Shown: positions 37,421-51,576 of the stretch, one piece after another
Numbering within the stretch: the stretch's first letter is position 1
Layout: each line of letters starts with the position of its first letter
Origin: Lama glama
Taxonomy: Eukaryota
DNA: 64,000 nucleotides
NCBI GenBank assembly: GCA_028534125.1
Contig: CM052817.1
Coordinates: 52,268,001 to 52,332,000, forward strand
Reading direction: 5' to 3'
Program-made: the position numbers and the translations under genes
Notes under the pieces: model-generated
What the model was told of the DNA's origin: nothing
Seen by the model: the letters and a program-made list of their open reading frames with translations, nothing else
Databases searched by the model: none

Positions 37421-40400
37421 CCCTGGTTCTTAGTATAAGCCCCCAGGATGTTTACATACTTTAAAGCTTCAGTGATAAGATATTTATTATCTTTGGAGAA
37501 CTCCAAATTAAATAACTTGAAATAATTTAATTTCAATTTAATATATTGGAATATATTTACTTGACAATGTATATGAATGTATAGATAAATGAATGGTAAA
37601 AGCCACTTTAAGTCAGATGTCACATGTAAAACTGCATGGAAATAAATTTCCTTTCAGGTTACCTTCCTTCCAGGTCTACTCCTGATATGTTTATCTAAGA
37701 ATCCAATTCCAGTAGTACATGTGCAATTTGCTTTTGGGTTATGTGTAGATAAGCACTAGAATTATATTTTCTTGATTATAAATATCTTTAAGGTTATTTG
37801 AATTACAGGTATATTTTCTTCAGTGAGAGCTTTAAACACATAATTAGTGGAGTAAGGCAAATCATAGAAGTGATATAGCTTTGTTTTAAAGGAATAGATA
37901 TTGGATAAACTAGGCCAAGACGTACAGTTACTCACAAAAATACCTTTGATAAAGCTTTGTTTTGATTTCTTCATTAAATATTAAATTTACAGAATTTTTA
38001 AGCTGCTGTCCAAGATATATGTGAGAAATCTAAGAAGAACCAGATATCTCTTTTTCATCCATTTTAAAGAATGTAGATTATAATCAGTAGGTGGAGCTAC
38101 ATGTGTGGATTTGAAAATCCATCAACCTAGTAGGGAAATTTTAGAGAACAAAACAGTTACAGAAACAAGTTTCATGAAATAAAAAGAATCATTTATCCTT
38201 TTATTCTTTTCGAAAACTTCAGGTTTCAAATGATAATTAGAAAATGTGGGAGGAAAATGTTCCTGCTAGGTCGTGATAGTGGTAATCTGAAAATAGAAAA
38301 TAATTTTTCTGTATTCAGAATTTGTATTAGCATCATGAACTAGCAATGCAATTTTGGGACTAAGTTTAACAATAGCAATATAAACACAGCATCTATTTCC
38401 CAGATGTCTCTCTTTGGCATATATGAGCAGACCCAGCTTCAATTTTCCATCAGTATGGACAAGGTCGCATTCTGCTCATTTCCCTGGCCCTCTGACAACT
38501 TGCTATAACATTCATCCCTCATGAAAAAATATAAAGATATTTGTATTAGTCAAATTCATTCATTAATCATTTCAACTCTCTTCTTTCCCTTGCTGGAACT
38601 GAGTAACAGAGTTAAGTTTTCTGTGATGAATTAAAGAAGATCAAAGTTCTCAAAAGACACATATTACTAACCATGCTTTTGTTAACAAACTCTTGTCCTT
38701 AGATAATTGCCTGTGACTTAAAAGAACTTTTGTCTTGTTAAAGGCTTTCCAGACACTGAAAGTGTCCTGTTTACAGCCTCTAAAGTCCTTATACACAGAT
38801 GAACTCTAATCACAAAGTCATCAGTGCATGTTGGAGTTCGGTGGAAAGAATATGCACACGTGTAATAGCTTTGAAAAATACATTAAATAAAAAAGAGATA
38901 TGGGGAAGGAATGTATTCATCTCAAAGAGAATATTTTGACATAAGATACAAACTTAAATACATTTTTTAAATTGCAACACACAATGAGAAGAGCCTACTG
39001 AATATTTCAGTATCACAGAGAAGCAATCTGTATTAAGTAACTTGCCCACCTTTAGTTTGGGGCAATTTCCACTGCCTGAAAATGATAAGAAGTCCTAACA
39101 TGCTGCCAATGCCTCCTCTAGGATCAAATTGTTCCCTTTTATATTATTTTCATCACTTCGTAAGAACTCTGTTGCAGTAGAGCAACTCAGAAATTTTCCT
39201 CCTGGCACTTAGAAAAGCATATAACAGTTTATTTTTTTTTAAAATTGTTCTCAACTTTGTTGTGCTCTAGATTGTAATTTATTTCTATCCCACACTATGT
39301 CCAATAAGTGACAAAATTGCTCTAATAAAATGTATATAACCTCAAGAACTATTAAAATATTTATTCAACTATTATTGAATAAAAAGGAAAAAAGTTAGTA
39401 GGATTTAATGTGACTGAAAAGTTTTGGCAGATTCGTTTTAGTATGTACATGTAACAGTAAGAGTTATATTTCCATTTAGATGTCGATTTGCTTCAATGGA
39501 TAGTAGCAATCACTTCTTCTGTCTCTGTGTGCTGTTTAAGATTAATTATAATACATACTCACTAGCATTACAAAGATCCTATTCACAGATGCTTCTGAAA
39601 CCATGTCTGCATTTAGTGCAGCGCTATTTATTTTTCTGTGTTTTCATGGGTCTTCCTAAATAAAGTCTTTGGGAAAAATAGATACGGACCTACAGGTGAT
39701 CCCTATTTCTGTCTTAAGAGATGGGATATAATTGCCTTTCATGTTTCTCTTCTATCACTTCTTACTTTAGCATTTAATCCTTTACTCATTAAAATAACTG
39801 CTTGAAGATGGCATTTCTTGTTGGAAAGTTATAGATATGCTAAATGGAGTGTGACAAATGAATTCTATAATTTGAAAACCTACTAGCTATCAGGTAGGAG
39901 GCAATGACTCTTGCCAGGTTTACTGACTGTTAAGGAGACATTTTATAGCACATGCTGCTGCAGACACTCTATTTCCAAGTTAAAGCCTGATGTGCTAAAT
40001 TCCACGTTGGGCCCTTTGATATTATCATTCTAGAGCTAGGTCTTAACACTGGTGGATAAAATAAAAGTTTATTTTTTTCTCCTAGAAAGAACACATTTCC
40101 TATTGTTAAATTATATACATCAGTACGAAATTGGGCTTGTAGAGATACAGATCTTGTTAGAATTTTTAAAAATTGGAGAACATAAATATGTGTTACATTT
40201 TATTTTCATAACTTGGTAAACTTTTATTTGTATTTATTCTGTAAGCAATGATGTACTGTCTTTCCAACTTTGCTGATGAATTTCTCTTTAAAGCAGTTCC
40301 CATATTGCAATACAGTTCATTACATAGAGTTATTTGGAGCCTAATAGCAAGTCTTAACAAATTTGATAATTTGAGAGTATATGCTATATTATACAAAGAT

Positions 40401-40620
40401 CTTGGAGTTGGGAATTTGGAAGACTGTTAATTTTTCATTTTCTGTTCATCTCTTTCAAAGTTTCACATTTTTCACAAGTAAGTTGTACAGTTCTGGTGAT
40501 GGCATCATTACATAAAATGCATCATATATTTTGAATGGTCGATGAAATAAAACAGTCCTTTAATAAATATAAATCACTCTCTACAAGTACTTATATATCC
40601 AGATTTCTCAACCATGCTTT

Positions 40621-41033
40621 ACTTACTTACTTACTTACTTAATTAATATGAAGTATAATCAGTTTACAATGTTGTGTCAATTTCTGGTTACAGCATACAG
40701 TTTGTCATATACATATATACATGTATTTGTTTTCCTAGTTTTTTATTATAGGTTACCACAAGATACTGAATATAGTTCCCTGTGCTATACAGTATAAATA
40801 TTGTTCATCTATTATATATAAAGTATTTAGTATCTGCAAATCTCCAGCTCCCAATTTCCTATCCCCTACCCTGCACCTCCTCCACCAGTAACCATGACAT
40901 GAATTTATTTCTATGTCTGTGAATCTGTTTCTGTTTTGTAGATAAGTTCATTTGTGTCTTGTTTTAAGATTCCACAATCAAGTGATATCATATGGCATTT
41001 TTTTCTCTTTCTGGCTTACTTTACTTAGAATGA
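40621..41033 (-). mobile_element. Young camelid-type L1 3' end with (TAAG)n tail
   Basis: cagtttacaatgttgtgtcaatttctgg, gaatatagttccctgtgctatacag, tctggcttactttacttagaatgac; TSD catgcttt at 40613 and 41034. Confidence 0.92.
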
Positions 41034-41600
41034 CATGCTTTTAAATGTATCATCAAAGAAATAATTACCTATTTTTTAAAAAATTCAAATTCCTTCTTAT
41101 TACAATCTTTCAAACATGTATGCTTACTCGTAACATTTTAAAAATTGTAGATGGCTGATTTAAATGCAATAAGCTCTAAAATTTTTTAAAGAATTATTGG
41201 CAAATGTTTGATATTTCCAATAGGTGATACTAGCATTAGTGTGAAATTAAATTATGTGCCTCTTCCCTCAAAATTACAAATATAAACTCTCTAGTTTTCT
41301 TTTTTCAATGTAAGTATGAGACTTATTTTCAAGTTATTATCCTTGTGTTGCATTTAAGCTGAACTGTCACTCTAATCACATGGCATTTTTTTAAAGACAT
41401 AAATAGCCAATATTTAAAGAAATCATATTTGCAGTCTCTGTTGAAAATTATAGTTACTGTGTTAATATCAAGTGAATTCATCTATTTATATTTAAAATGA
41501 AAATGTGCCAACTGCATTAATACACATAATATAATGTTTTCCCATAATAATCTATTAGTACTATAGTCACTTCATTAAAGACTTTTGCCATGTGGGGCTT

Positions 41601-41700
41601 NNNNNNNNNNNNNNNNNNNNNNNNNNNNNNNNNNNNNNNNNNNNNNNNNNNNNNNNNNNNNNNNNNNNNNNNNNNNNNNNNNNNNNNNNNNNNNNNNNNN
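41601..41700. other. Assembly gap (100 N)
   Basis: Run of exactly 100 N. Confidence 0.99.
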
Positions 41701-42599
41701 AAAAAAAACTATTATAAAGTGACATCAAAGCTTGTTACAGATATATTTATCTTTCACACCATACCTTTGCTTATTTAGTAAGAGAAACAGAAAAAAAACT
41801 CACGGTGACTTAGTAATTACAATTAATATAATTACTTTTGTCATTTTGACAATTATTTCCAGCTGAATTCTAAAGATATGTTTCTCTTGTAGGCATGTAA
41901 TTAATTCTTTTAAATGAATTCGAGTAAAATAAAGTAAAACAAGAACTTTTTAAACAGTCTATAAATGGATGCATAAAATATTCTTCAGGCACTCTGAAAG
42001 AGTTCTAACCCTTGACTTGGAAATTATCTTTTGATTTGAGTGACAGTGCTGTTGCAGCACTGCCAAATTTCTAAGGCCTTTCCACGTGCCAGGTAGCATA
42101 TACATGCAAACTGCTTTCTGGAACTATAACAGTTAATAATATACCAGAACAAAAATATGACATGGAATTAGTGAGTTGTGAAGCAACATATGTTTCAAGT
42201 AAACCATCTCAGAAAGGATAAATAATCACATATTTACCATCACCTCATATTATTTCAAGTCCACTGGCACAGGTAACTTAAATCTTGTGTTCAAGAACTT
42301 GTTACACTAAATTGAAATACTGAGATTAAAACAAAATACAAGTAATTAAGTTCACAACTGTAAACAACATTGGAAATTAACTGCAAAAGGAGTCCCTAAC
42401 TTTTAATTTTAAAGGGGCATTTATAAAACATGGGGACAATATCCCTTGTCTCTTCTCCATGTTTTAGTTTTTTCTATATTTACATTGAATTCTTCCAAAC
42501 AGCATTTTTATTCTTATTTTTCCTAATTAGTTCTACTTAAATTATTATTACAAAAGGCCAAGATTTGTCATTATATTTACATTCAAAGTCCATATTGAT

Positions 42600-42790
42600 A
42601 ATAATAGTGACAATAATAGTTTATACTTAACAAGTAAATACTATGGACTGGGCACCATGCTCAACAGTTTATGTGCATTTCTACTTTAATCGCACCCTTT
42701 TATGTAGTAGATCCTATTATTATCTCCAATTTACAGGTTAAGAAATAGATTTGGAGACATCAACCAGATCAGACATTTACTACTGCTAAT
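42600..42790 (-). mobile_element. MIR SINE
   Basis: tactatggactgggcaccatgctc...cctattattatctccaatttacaggttaagaaat. Confidence 0.75.
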
Positions 42791-42884
42791 CATTAGCCTC
42801 CAAAGTAAAAGTTCTTAAAGTCTTTATTTGATATACTTTATCAAATAAATGTATTTATTCTCTGTAATTCAGTTAGATTATATG

Positions 42885-45480
42885 ATTTTTATTTTTAAAT
42901 TTTATAAACTATTTAGACATAGAAAAGTATATATATATATACAGAATTGACTAATGGATGCTCACATACATTTCAGTAGGCATAAGGACTAAATCCTTGT
43001 AGTAAAACTAAAATCCACTGTGTAAGTTCCCATCATATCACCCCTTTCCTCCTGACACGAGCTGAAAAGTAACCACTTATGATTCACTGATATTTCTGTA
43101 TAGTTTTACTGCATATGTGTGTGCCCCTAAGAAATATCCACTGTTTTAATTTGAGTATTAAAAGAACAATGAACTCTACAGAAATAGTATTATATTATGT
43201 GTTCTATTTTTTTCTCTTGCTGCCTATTTTGCTGTTATTGTTGTTGTTTGGCTTGGATATAATTGTGACATTCAGCTCTGTCAACTTGCATGGCTCCAGT
43301 TCATTTATTTTCATGGTTTGATAGTATCCTATTATATGGACAAACCATTAGTTATTTGTCCTTAAGCTCATTAAGAAACACTTTTTACCATAACATGTAA
43401 GGAAGCTCTGAATATCTGTGTCTATCACTCATATCTATATGTGAGAGCTTCTTCAGGGTATATGCCAAAAAGTGGAGCTCATACTTTGGGGGTGTCTCCT
43501 ATTCTACTGAATGATACCAAATTACTTATCAATTACCTTATGAGAATTTATGTCCTCAAAAAAGTTTATTCTGTTTCTTATTTCTCAACACTCCTACTGG
43601 CACTTAAGATTACAAACATTAATTTCAGGCAATCTTCTTGGCCTTAAATGGTGTATAATTGTGTATATAATGTATATATCCTTGATAAGTAGTGATATTG
43701 AATGTCTTTTCATACACGTGTAGGTCATATGTACTTCCTCTTTGAGTTTCCTTGCTTATTTTTTATTTTTTATTGATTTGATTTAGTTTTACATATATAT
43801 GAGTAATAACTACATTGCGTTATGGATTTTTTAATAGGAGTTGCATGAATTTTATAGATGGATTTTGGAAAAATCTACAAATTTGTTACATGGAATCTTC
43901 CTACTCATTAATATGTTGTAGCTGTTCATTTCTGTTTTATTGAATGCCAGTCAATATTTTTTAGTAATTTTCTTTTTTTTAAATTGAACTATTTTTAAAT
44001 TGAAGTTTACAATGTTGTGTCAGTTTCTGGTGTATAGCATAATGTTTCAGTCATTAATATACATATACATACATATATTCCTTTTCATATTCTTTTTCAT
44101 TATAGGTTACTACAAGATATTGAATATAGTTCCATGGGTTATACAGTATAAATTTGTTTATCTATTTTATATATAATTGTTAGTATCTGCAAATCTAGAG
44201 CTCCCAATTTATCCCTTTCTACCCTCCTTCACCCTCATAACCATAAATTTGTTTTCTATGTCTGTGAGTCTGTTTTGTAAATAAGTTCATTTGTGTCTTT
44301 TACATTTTTTTTTAGATTCCACATATAAGTGATACCATGTGGTATTCTTCTTTCTCTTTCTGGCTTAGTTCACTTAAAATGATGATGCCCAGATCTACTT
44401 TAGTAATTTTCTTCATGAGTTAAAGTAGATTTTAAGAAGCAAACTTTTAGTCACTGATCTCAATATTACTTATATTGTGGTCAGAAAACATGAGATGGTA
44501 CTTATTCTTTGAAAATTTTGAAAATGTGATTTGTTATTTTTTAATAAATCAACAATTTCTCCAAATGTTCCATGCATGCTTGAGAAGCTTCAATATTCTC
44601 TAATGTTCTTAATAAAAAAATTATATATGTATATAGATTTGTATGTACCTGGTCTTATTATCATATTGTTCAAATTTACCCTATCCTTGTTAATATTTTA
44701 ACTGATTAACATTTAAATATCAACAAAACTATGTTTAAAATCTCCCACTGTGACAGTGAATTTGTCAACCTATCTATATAATTCTCTTAATGTATGTTTT
44801 ATCTCTATATTGATGCTGTATTATTAGGCACATGCATATTTTGAATCATTATTTATAATTGTTGAATTAAGCATTTCAAATTATTTAGGTGTCCGTTTTT
44901 TCTTAATAATGCTTTTTTCATTATTTTAGTTTTAGTATTAACATAGCTTCACTTATTTTCTTAATTTGTAATATTTCCCTTCCATGTTGTTTTATCAGCC
45001 TTATACTTTGAACCTATCCATATCCTTATTTTTCAGTTGTTTTTCTTATACAAATAGATTTATTTATCTAATTACATTTCTATATCTTACATTTCTTGTG
45101 ATTATTGCTTGATTTAAATCTCTCTTTAATTCTTAATTATCTTGTTAAAGTGTATCTAATCTTGTTTTAGACATTTAACAATTTACTAATTGTGAAATTC
45201 TACTTTGTTCTTTGCAAAGTAACTTATCATTTTTAAAGTCTCTTGTTTCATTGTTCTTATTTCTAAGGCAATCCTTTATCTATTTTTAAATTTATCTCTT
45301 TTCAACTTGTATGTGATAATTGTGGTACTTGACTATGTGGTAATTGAATATCTATGTCTTCTGTTATCTATCTCTGCTCTTTGCTTTTCTGCTGACTCTT
45401 ATTCACGGGTGCTTACTAACCCATGCATTTTCTTTGTTAATCTGTAGAAATCAAGATGGTTAAGTATGGAGACTTTATTC
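42885..45480 (-). mobile_element. Highly degraded old L1 (L1ME-like), interrupted by a young L1
   Basis: ctccagttcatttattttcatgg, cagggtatatgccaaaaagtgga, tattgtggtcagaaaacat, aaaatctcccactgtgacagtgaatttgtc. Confidence 0.7.
43975..44398 (-). mobile_element. Young camelid-type L1 3' end with TSD
   Basis: Same family as 40621-41033; perfect 15-bp TSD tttagtaattttctt at 43960-43974 and 44399-44413. Confidence 0.94.
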
Positions 45481-46973
45481 CATTAGAAATAATTTTTTTT
45501 CTTCTACTAGGATATTATTCTGGAATGTTACAGCAAGTAGTGTTACCTTAAATAACAAAGATATTACATTTATATGTTCTGCATTTGCTATTACTTAATG
45601 TTCTTAATTGCCCTATAAAATTCCAGCATTCATATATTATAATTTACAAGCCTAGGGAGTTAATTGGGAGAAACTGAGTAAGACATAGATTTTGATTATA
45701 TGTTATATTAACATTTTTAAAGATAGCACATGTGTAGTGTATGTTCTTAGTACTTATTTGAAGGGAAAAAAGTAACTTTCCCTTTCAACTGGCATTCAAT
45801 AAAAGCAACTTAAGTTTAGCACATTTGGTTATCATACTTTTTTCATTAATAATCTATAGACATTTGTCCATTACTTTTATAACAATATTTACAGAAAAAA
45901 ATAGAAGGCTGGCAAGAACCTAGCTGAATAATTTCCTTATTGATAGTCTCCCTAAACAGTAAACATCATTTATTCATTTTCTGTAATGTAAAAACATAAA
46001 AATTATACAAAATTGCCAATATATACACTTTTATTCTCTTATTGTCAAAATGTCTATAATAAACCAATAACAGAAACTATATTTATCATAGATATGATAG
46101 TTCAAATCAAGGCAGGAATTTTTAAATATGAAGTGGTGAAAGTTGCAGTTTGATTGTGATGATGATGTTAGTGCTGATATACAGAAAGTAATATATTATA
46201 AATTGAAAATTCATATAGAATGTCTGAAAAATATAAAACAAACCCTGGGTAAATTAGTATTTCTTAAGTTGTACATGATTCTAGAATGGATGACACAAAC
46301 ACATAATTTAAATAAATAAGAAACAGGTTTTTGTGGCACTTATTTTTCATTCCATTAGACATTTTTTATGTCTGTTTTCTAAATATTTTCCGAATTCTTC
46401 ACATGATATGATCTAATTGATCTGTGACTATCATGATTGTTTTAAGTAATATCTGGGCAGCTATAACATCCATTAGGTTTATCTCCCTTTGAGAGACATA
46501 TATTGAGTTTCTTTCATGTTTTCTCAATTTTTGCCACAGCCTGATATGTATGGATACCTCTTTCATGAAAGACACTAATTTTGACTGCATTTATAACAGT
46601 AATCAAATATTTACATCTACCCATTAGTAATTCCTCATGATATAGACACATCTCCATCCTCGGAAGCATTTTCTTTTTCTGAAATAACAAGTAATACTGA
46701 TCATAATGGTAGTCATTTATTAATGACCACGATTTAATCTGATGGCTCTTTCTATTTCAGAATCAAATTCATGAAGTTTTTAAGCCTTACCACTGACCTT
46801 ATGAGTGTACACACCTCACACCTGAAAATAAACTCATATGGTGGGCTTTTCTTAATTTAAATATTTTACTAAAACCATAATTTCCTTTTTTTAAAATAGT
46901 GGGTAGGTGGAGTCAAGTGTCAATCCCCCAATGAGAGAAATTAACTTGCTTATTGCCCTAGCAAAAATATATT

Positions 46974-46996
46974 TGTGTGTGTGTGTGTGTGTGTGT
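46974..46996. repeat. (TG)n microsatellite
   Basis: About 11 TG units. Confidence 0.95.
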
Positions 46997-49687
46997 AATC
47001 ATCTTTCTTGAGTGCTATTTTCCTTATTGCTATCTGGGAAAAAAAACGTGCCTTGTGATATCAATTCAATTAGATGAAGAGTTGAATTCCTACAGGTCTG
47101 TTTCTTCCTTGATTTCTCTCTTTCTACAAATTGTGCTAGATTTCCAAATGTGGAAAATATACTTAATTTATATCATAGATTATAACTTTAAAATATAGAG
47201 ATTATAATATACATTCATTAATATCTGTCTAACTCAACACATGTCTTTCTCTCTTTGATTTTCTGCAGCAAATAGTAAGTGCTCTGAAAGTGTTAGATAT
47301 TATTTATTAAGCAGTTTTAGAATCTACTTGCTTAATTTATATTTCCCTGCCCCTCCCCCCAAAATTTCAAGTAAACATATTTGAGATAAAGTTGAACTTT
47401 TAGGAACATTAAAATTATTCATATATAAAAGATACTTTAGATGGTTGCTAGATTTACTTTATATTATTTTAGGGGACATACATAGCTAAATACTAGATAT
47501 AGACACAAGCATATGCTATATTTTAAATATTTATTTTTTCATTGTCTGATGCAATGCAAACTATCTATAAATCTTGTGCCATTTAAGTGTATCATTTAAT
47601 AGTTGGAGTTAGGTTAAATATCTACCTGTAGTATATTTAGCATGATTCCAAATCTCTTATATTTAAAGGACCTACAACATCTGAATTTTTATGCTTTAAG
47701 TCTGTTTCTAGATTAGCTGTAGAAAAAAATTCAAAATACACACTGTAATATTTCTTTGAGAGACATTTGCCAACAAATTACACAATTAAATGCATTCATT
47801 AAAGAGTATGCCTAGAATAGCATGAAACACCATAACAGAGGAAAATGATGTGTGGACATGTCTTTTTTGCTGAGTCTCCTAAGATAAATTGCTGAAGAGA
47901 AGTTGACAGATAGAATCATATGTCCAAAGGTCCCAGATCAAGAAGAGCCATACATGGTCACTGGGGCAACTTGTGAATCCACATTTTGAAGATGACATCT
48001 TTGAGAAAAGGAAAGAAGACAGCATGCCTGGCACATGGATATCAAGGTCAGTACAACACAAGATAGGCTACTGAGAAAGCAAGGAACAGATTAGGGTCTT
48101 TTTTAGGCCATTTAAGGATATTTGCCACCAATTTTAGAAAAGGTTGAATATTATATAATGTACTATAACTGCATATTAACACAGACAAGATTTATTGGCT
48201 GCAATTTAAAATAAAGTATTTTTTCTTGTCTTGTCCTAGTAGATATATTCATTAAACAAGATTCCTTTCCTTATTCTGTATGAAAATTCTTACTGTCTTG
48301 TGACATTTCTGACTACTGTTAAGTTGAAAAAACACTACTGCCAATTAATATCACCAAATATAGCCTGCAATCAGATATTCTGTCTTCTTAAATAACAATA
48401 CTTAAATCTTCATTTACAGGTGAATTCCTCTACTTCTCTTAAGCAATGATGTTAAGGAGATAAATGCAGAGCTGCTCTGACGAAAGCAGGTATCCGGGCT
48501 GTCTAGAGTTCTGCTCAGCAGACTCCTGCCTTACTCCAAAGAGGTGACATAGGGACTCTGTAGAGGAAGTCATGTGAGAAAGAGTTTGGAAACTACTAAC
48601 ATGGAGGAAGATACAAAAAGAAATATTAAGATAAGACAGTACAGATTGTCTCACAGTGTCCTTACTTTATGAGTAATAAAATACAGGATGAAAAGTGTTT
48701 GTTACTATAGCTAACCTTGAAAATTAATGGTTGCTGTTGTCACCCTGCAATTGAATGAAACTGATCTAATGTCTAATTGGAAGTTCTCATATTTAGAATT
48801 TCAGGACAGAGGTACTGACTGACATGCTGTCCTAGCATGGTGAGTGTCAAGTGCTTCCTTTTGGCAGTATGTTTCACTGGTCTTGTCCAGGTCTTTTTTG
48901 AGCATGCTATGGCAACTGTCTGTTACTACTTTTGTCTCCAAGTGCCGGTGTTCTTCTCACAGTGCTATCACACAGAGATTAATGCAAGAATGTAATCGCT
49001 CTTCTCCGTTATGTCAGGAGGCAATGAAAAGGAAAAAAAGTGATATGGCCTCCATGAAAAAAGTTTACAATCTCTTGTGGAGTAAGTTGCATAAAGTAAG
49101 ACTCCTGAAACATTTCCCATTTGTGTTCCTATAAATTTGGAAGTAGGAATGATAAAATTAAATGCAAATAATGTGTAATTATGTGGCAATTAAGAGAAAC
49201 CCTAAGATGTTTCTTTTTTAGATGGAAACTACTCATTTAGAATGGATTTCCACATGACTTGTGCTCATGCTGTCATTGATGATGGCACTGCCGACAGTAC
49301 TGTGGTCCATTCCTGATTAATCACAAATACAAACAGTTATGTCAGAAAATACTTTACAAGACCCTTGTAAAGTACTGAAGAGAGAGAAATTAACTAAACT
49401 CCAAACTACAACAGATCACACAGAGTTTAGCTTGGACCTCCAGAAGCCAAATAAACTACATATCTTTCAGATTATCAGTTTGATTTCTGGAAAACAGGAA
49501 AATTACCACTTGGCTCACCATGCCAAGTTCCTTAAACAATTATAATCAGGCAAGGAGTATGTTTGGTTATTACATGATTTTGATTTTTATGTGGCATTAG
49601 CCTCTCTGTGGCAGACCTGGTATTCAGTGTGCTTTGCTGACCACAGGGAAGTTATAGGTGTGAAGTCTGCTATTATGGTCCTAATCC

Positions 49688-50116
49688 TGTCAAAACCCCA
49701 TAAAGAGCAAAATTAAAACTGGTATATCAATAAAATACTACTCAGTAAGAGTTTATCGTGCATACATAAACATTTTGTGAGCTGGGCAGTCTCAAGGCAA
49801 CAGTGGAATGCGGCTCAGAGGTACATTATTATAGGATAGTTTATAGAGAAAACTGCAGAGGCCATTTGTTCTTTCCAATGATGGGTTGTAGCATTCCAGT
49901 TTTCTTAGTGATCAGGATTGGTTAAAAGATCATGCTGATCTGCAGGAAAAACTTAAATTTATTGTATCATTTTCAGAAGGCATTTACAAGAAATAACCTA
50001 AGTTTCACTTACATTCATGAAATAAGCTAAATTTAGTTTTGCCTACGCGGATGAACTGGTTTTGCCTGCTCAGAAAATTTTCAAGCCTGGTCTTCATTTT
50101 GCATTTAATTTTAACA
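49688..50116 (-). mobile_element. ERV1 LTR (MER67/MER90-like)
   Basis: Minus strand begins tgttaaaattaaatgcaaaatgaagaccaggcttgaaaattttctgagcaggcaaaaccag; left boundary uncertain, no TSD seen. Confidence 0.65.
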
Positions 50117-50403
50117 AAGTACTGATGCTTGTCTTACTTTCCTGATTTATGTTTTACTTTTCTTTGCTCTGAATGCTAGTCTTCTGCATTTGATCCTGGA
50201 TGCCTCCTGGCTCCTTTCCCCCCATGCTCCATGGTCTCAAACTACTTTAATTTTAAGTTGGAACTTTGTCTCATTTATCTTTTGATCACCACAATAAATG
50301 GTACTGCCACCTGTCTTACTTCTAGTATTGCCTGCTAGCCATAAGGTCCTTTATTCTCTACTGTGTTAAACCTATTGGATATAAATCAAGCACACACACA
50401 CAA

Positions 50404-50491
50404 AAATAATCAAAAATACAAAATCAAAAGGTGACAAAATGGAATTAAATAATCAAAAGTACAAAATCAAAAGGTGACAAAATGGAATTAA
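50404..50491. repeat. 43-bp tandem duplication
   Basis: aaataatcaaaa(a/g)tacaaaatcaaaaggtgacaaaatggaatt twice, one mismatch. Confidence 0.95.
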
Positions 50492-51576
50492 GAAAGGCCA
50501 CCCCAAGAGTTGGTTCAGTTCCTATAACCTTAATTCTTTCTATTTCTGAATTTCTTTTTTTCTTTGTTGTATAAATGAGAAATCCCAGAATGCTTTAGCC
50601 AAGTACTGGTTAGACCTCTTTTTAGTATATTTATACTTGAGAATATTAATTCCAGAGCCCCTATCCATAGTCCTAATATTCTCTCAGTGACTTTCCAATA
50701 TGTAACACAAAGTTTTCTGATTATTTCTCTTTATATTTTTTACATAACCCTCCTGGAATATGATACAACTCTTACGGTAAGTCTGCTACATCTATCAACT
50801 TTGACATGTTAACTTGAGTTGTTTTTCTTAAACAAATAATAGAAATGGCTTATGGATAAAAATCTATTTTTCAACATGTAAAAATGTGTCCCATACATAT
50901 TTTATTTGTTCTCACAACTATTAACAGAAAAAAAAAACAGCAGGTATAAAATGAGATGATTTTGGAATTTTATTTTACATTTATAGATGAGAAAATAACC
51001 CTGCAAGCTTTCATCCATTCACTTAAGTATGCTTTTGAAACACATTTATTTAGGGCCTGTTATTTGGTAATGTGGATAAGGAATAAAATAAATCCAGAAC
51101 CCCAGTGATCCAATATTTAATCTAGATCTCTAATCACAAAACATCTAATGCTATATTTGTAGCCATATTGGTATTAATCTTTTGTCCAAAGGCTCTCTTG
51201 TGATTCATTCACTTCTGTTATAAATAAATATTCATCATTTGGCCACTATATATGGCCCGAGGTTGTTCTATGACTACACATATCAATACACAAATGTTAT
51301 GCAACCTTGAAAATATTAAAAATAAAGTGTATGCTTGATTCATTCTCAAGAACATCAAGCACCATCAGATTTTTGTTTTGTCTGTTGGGCATATTTCACT
51401 AATAGGTATATTTATTATAAATATATTTTTATTGTTCATATTTCAAATAGAGAACATTTTAAAAAGTTTTCATTTAAAGATTCACTTTAATCTTGACAGA
51501 TAATTTTCAATTGTGTCTAGGCAAGTAACCTTAGGATACAGATAGTTATTACATGGACTATATATAAAAAATATAT

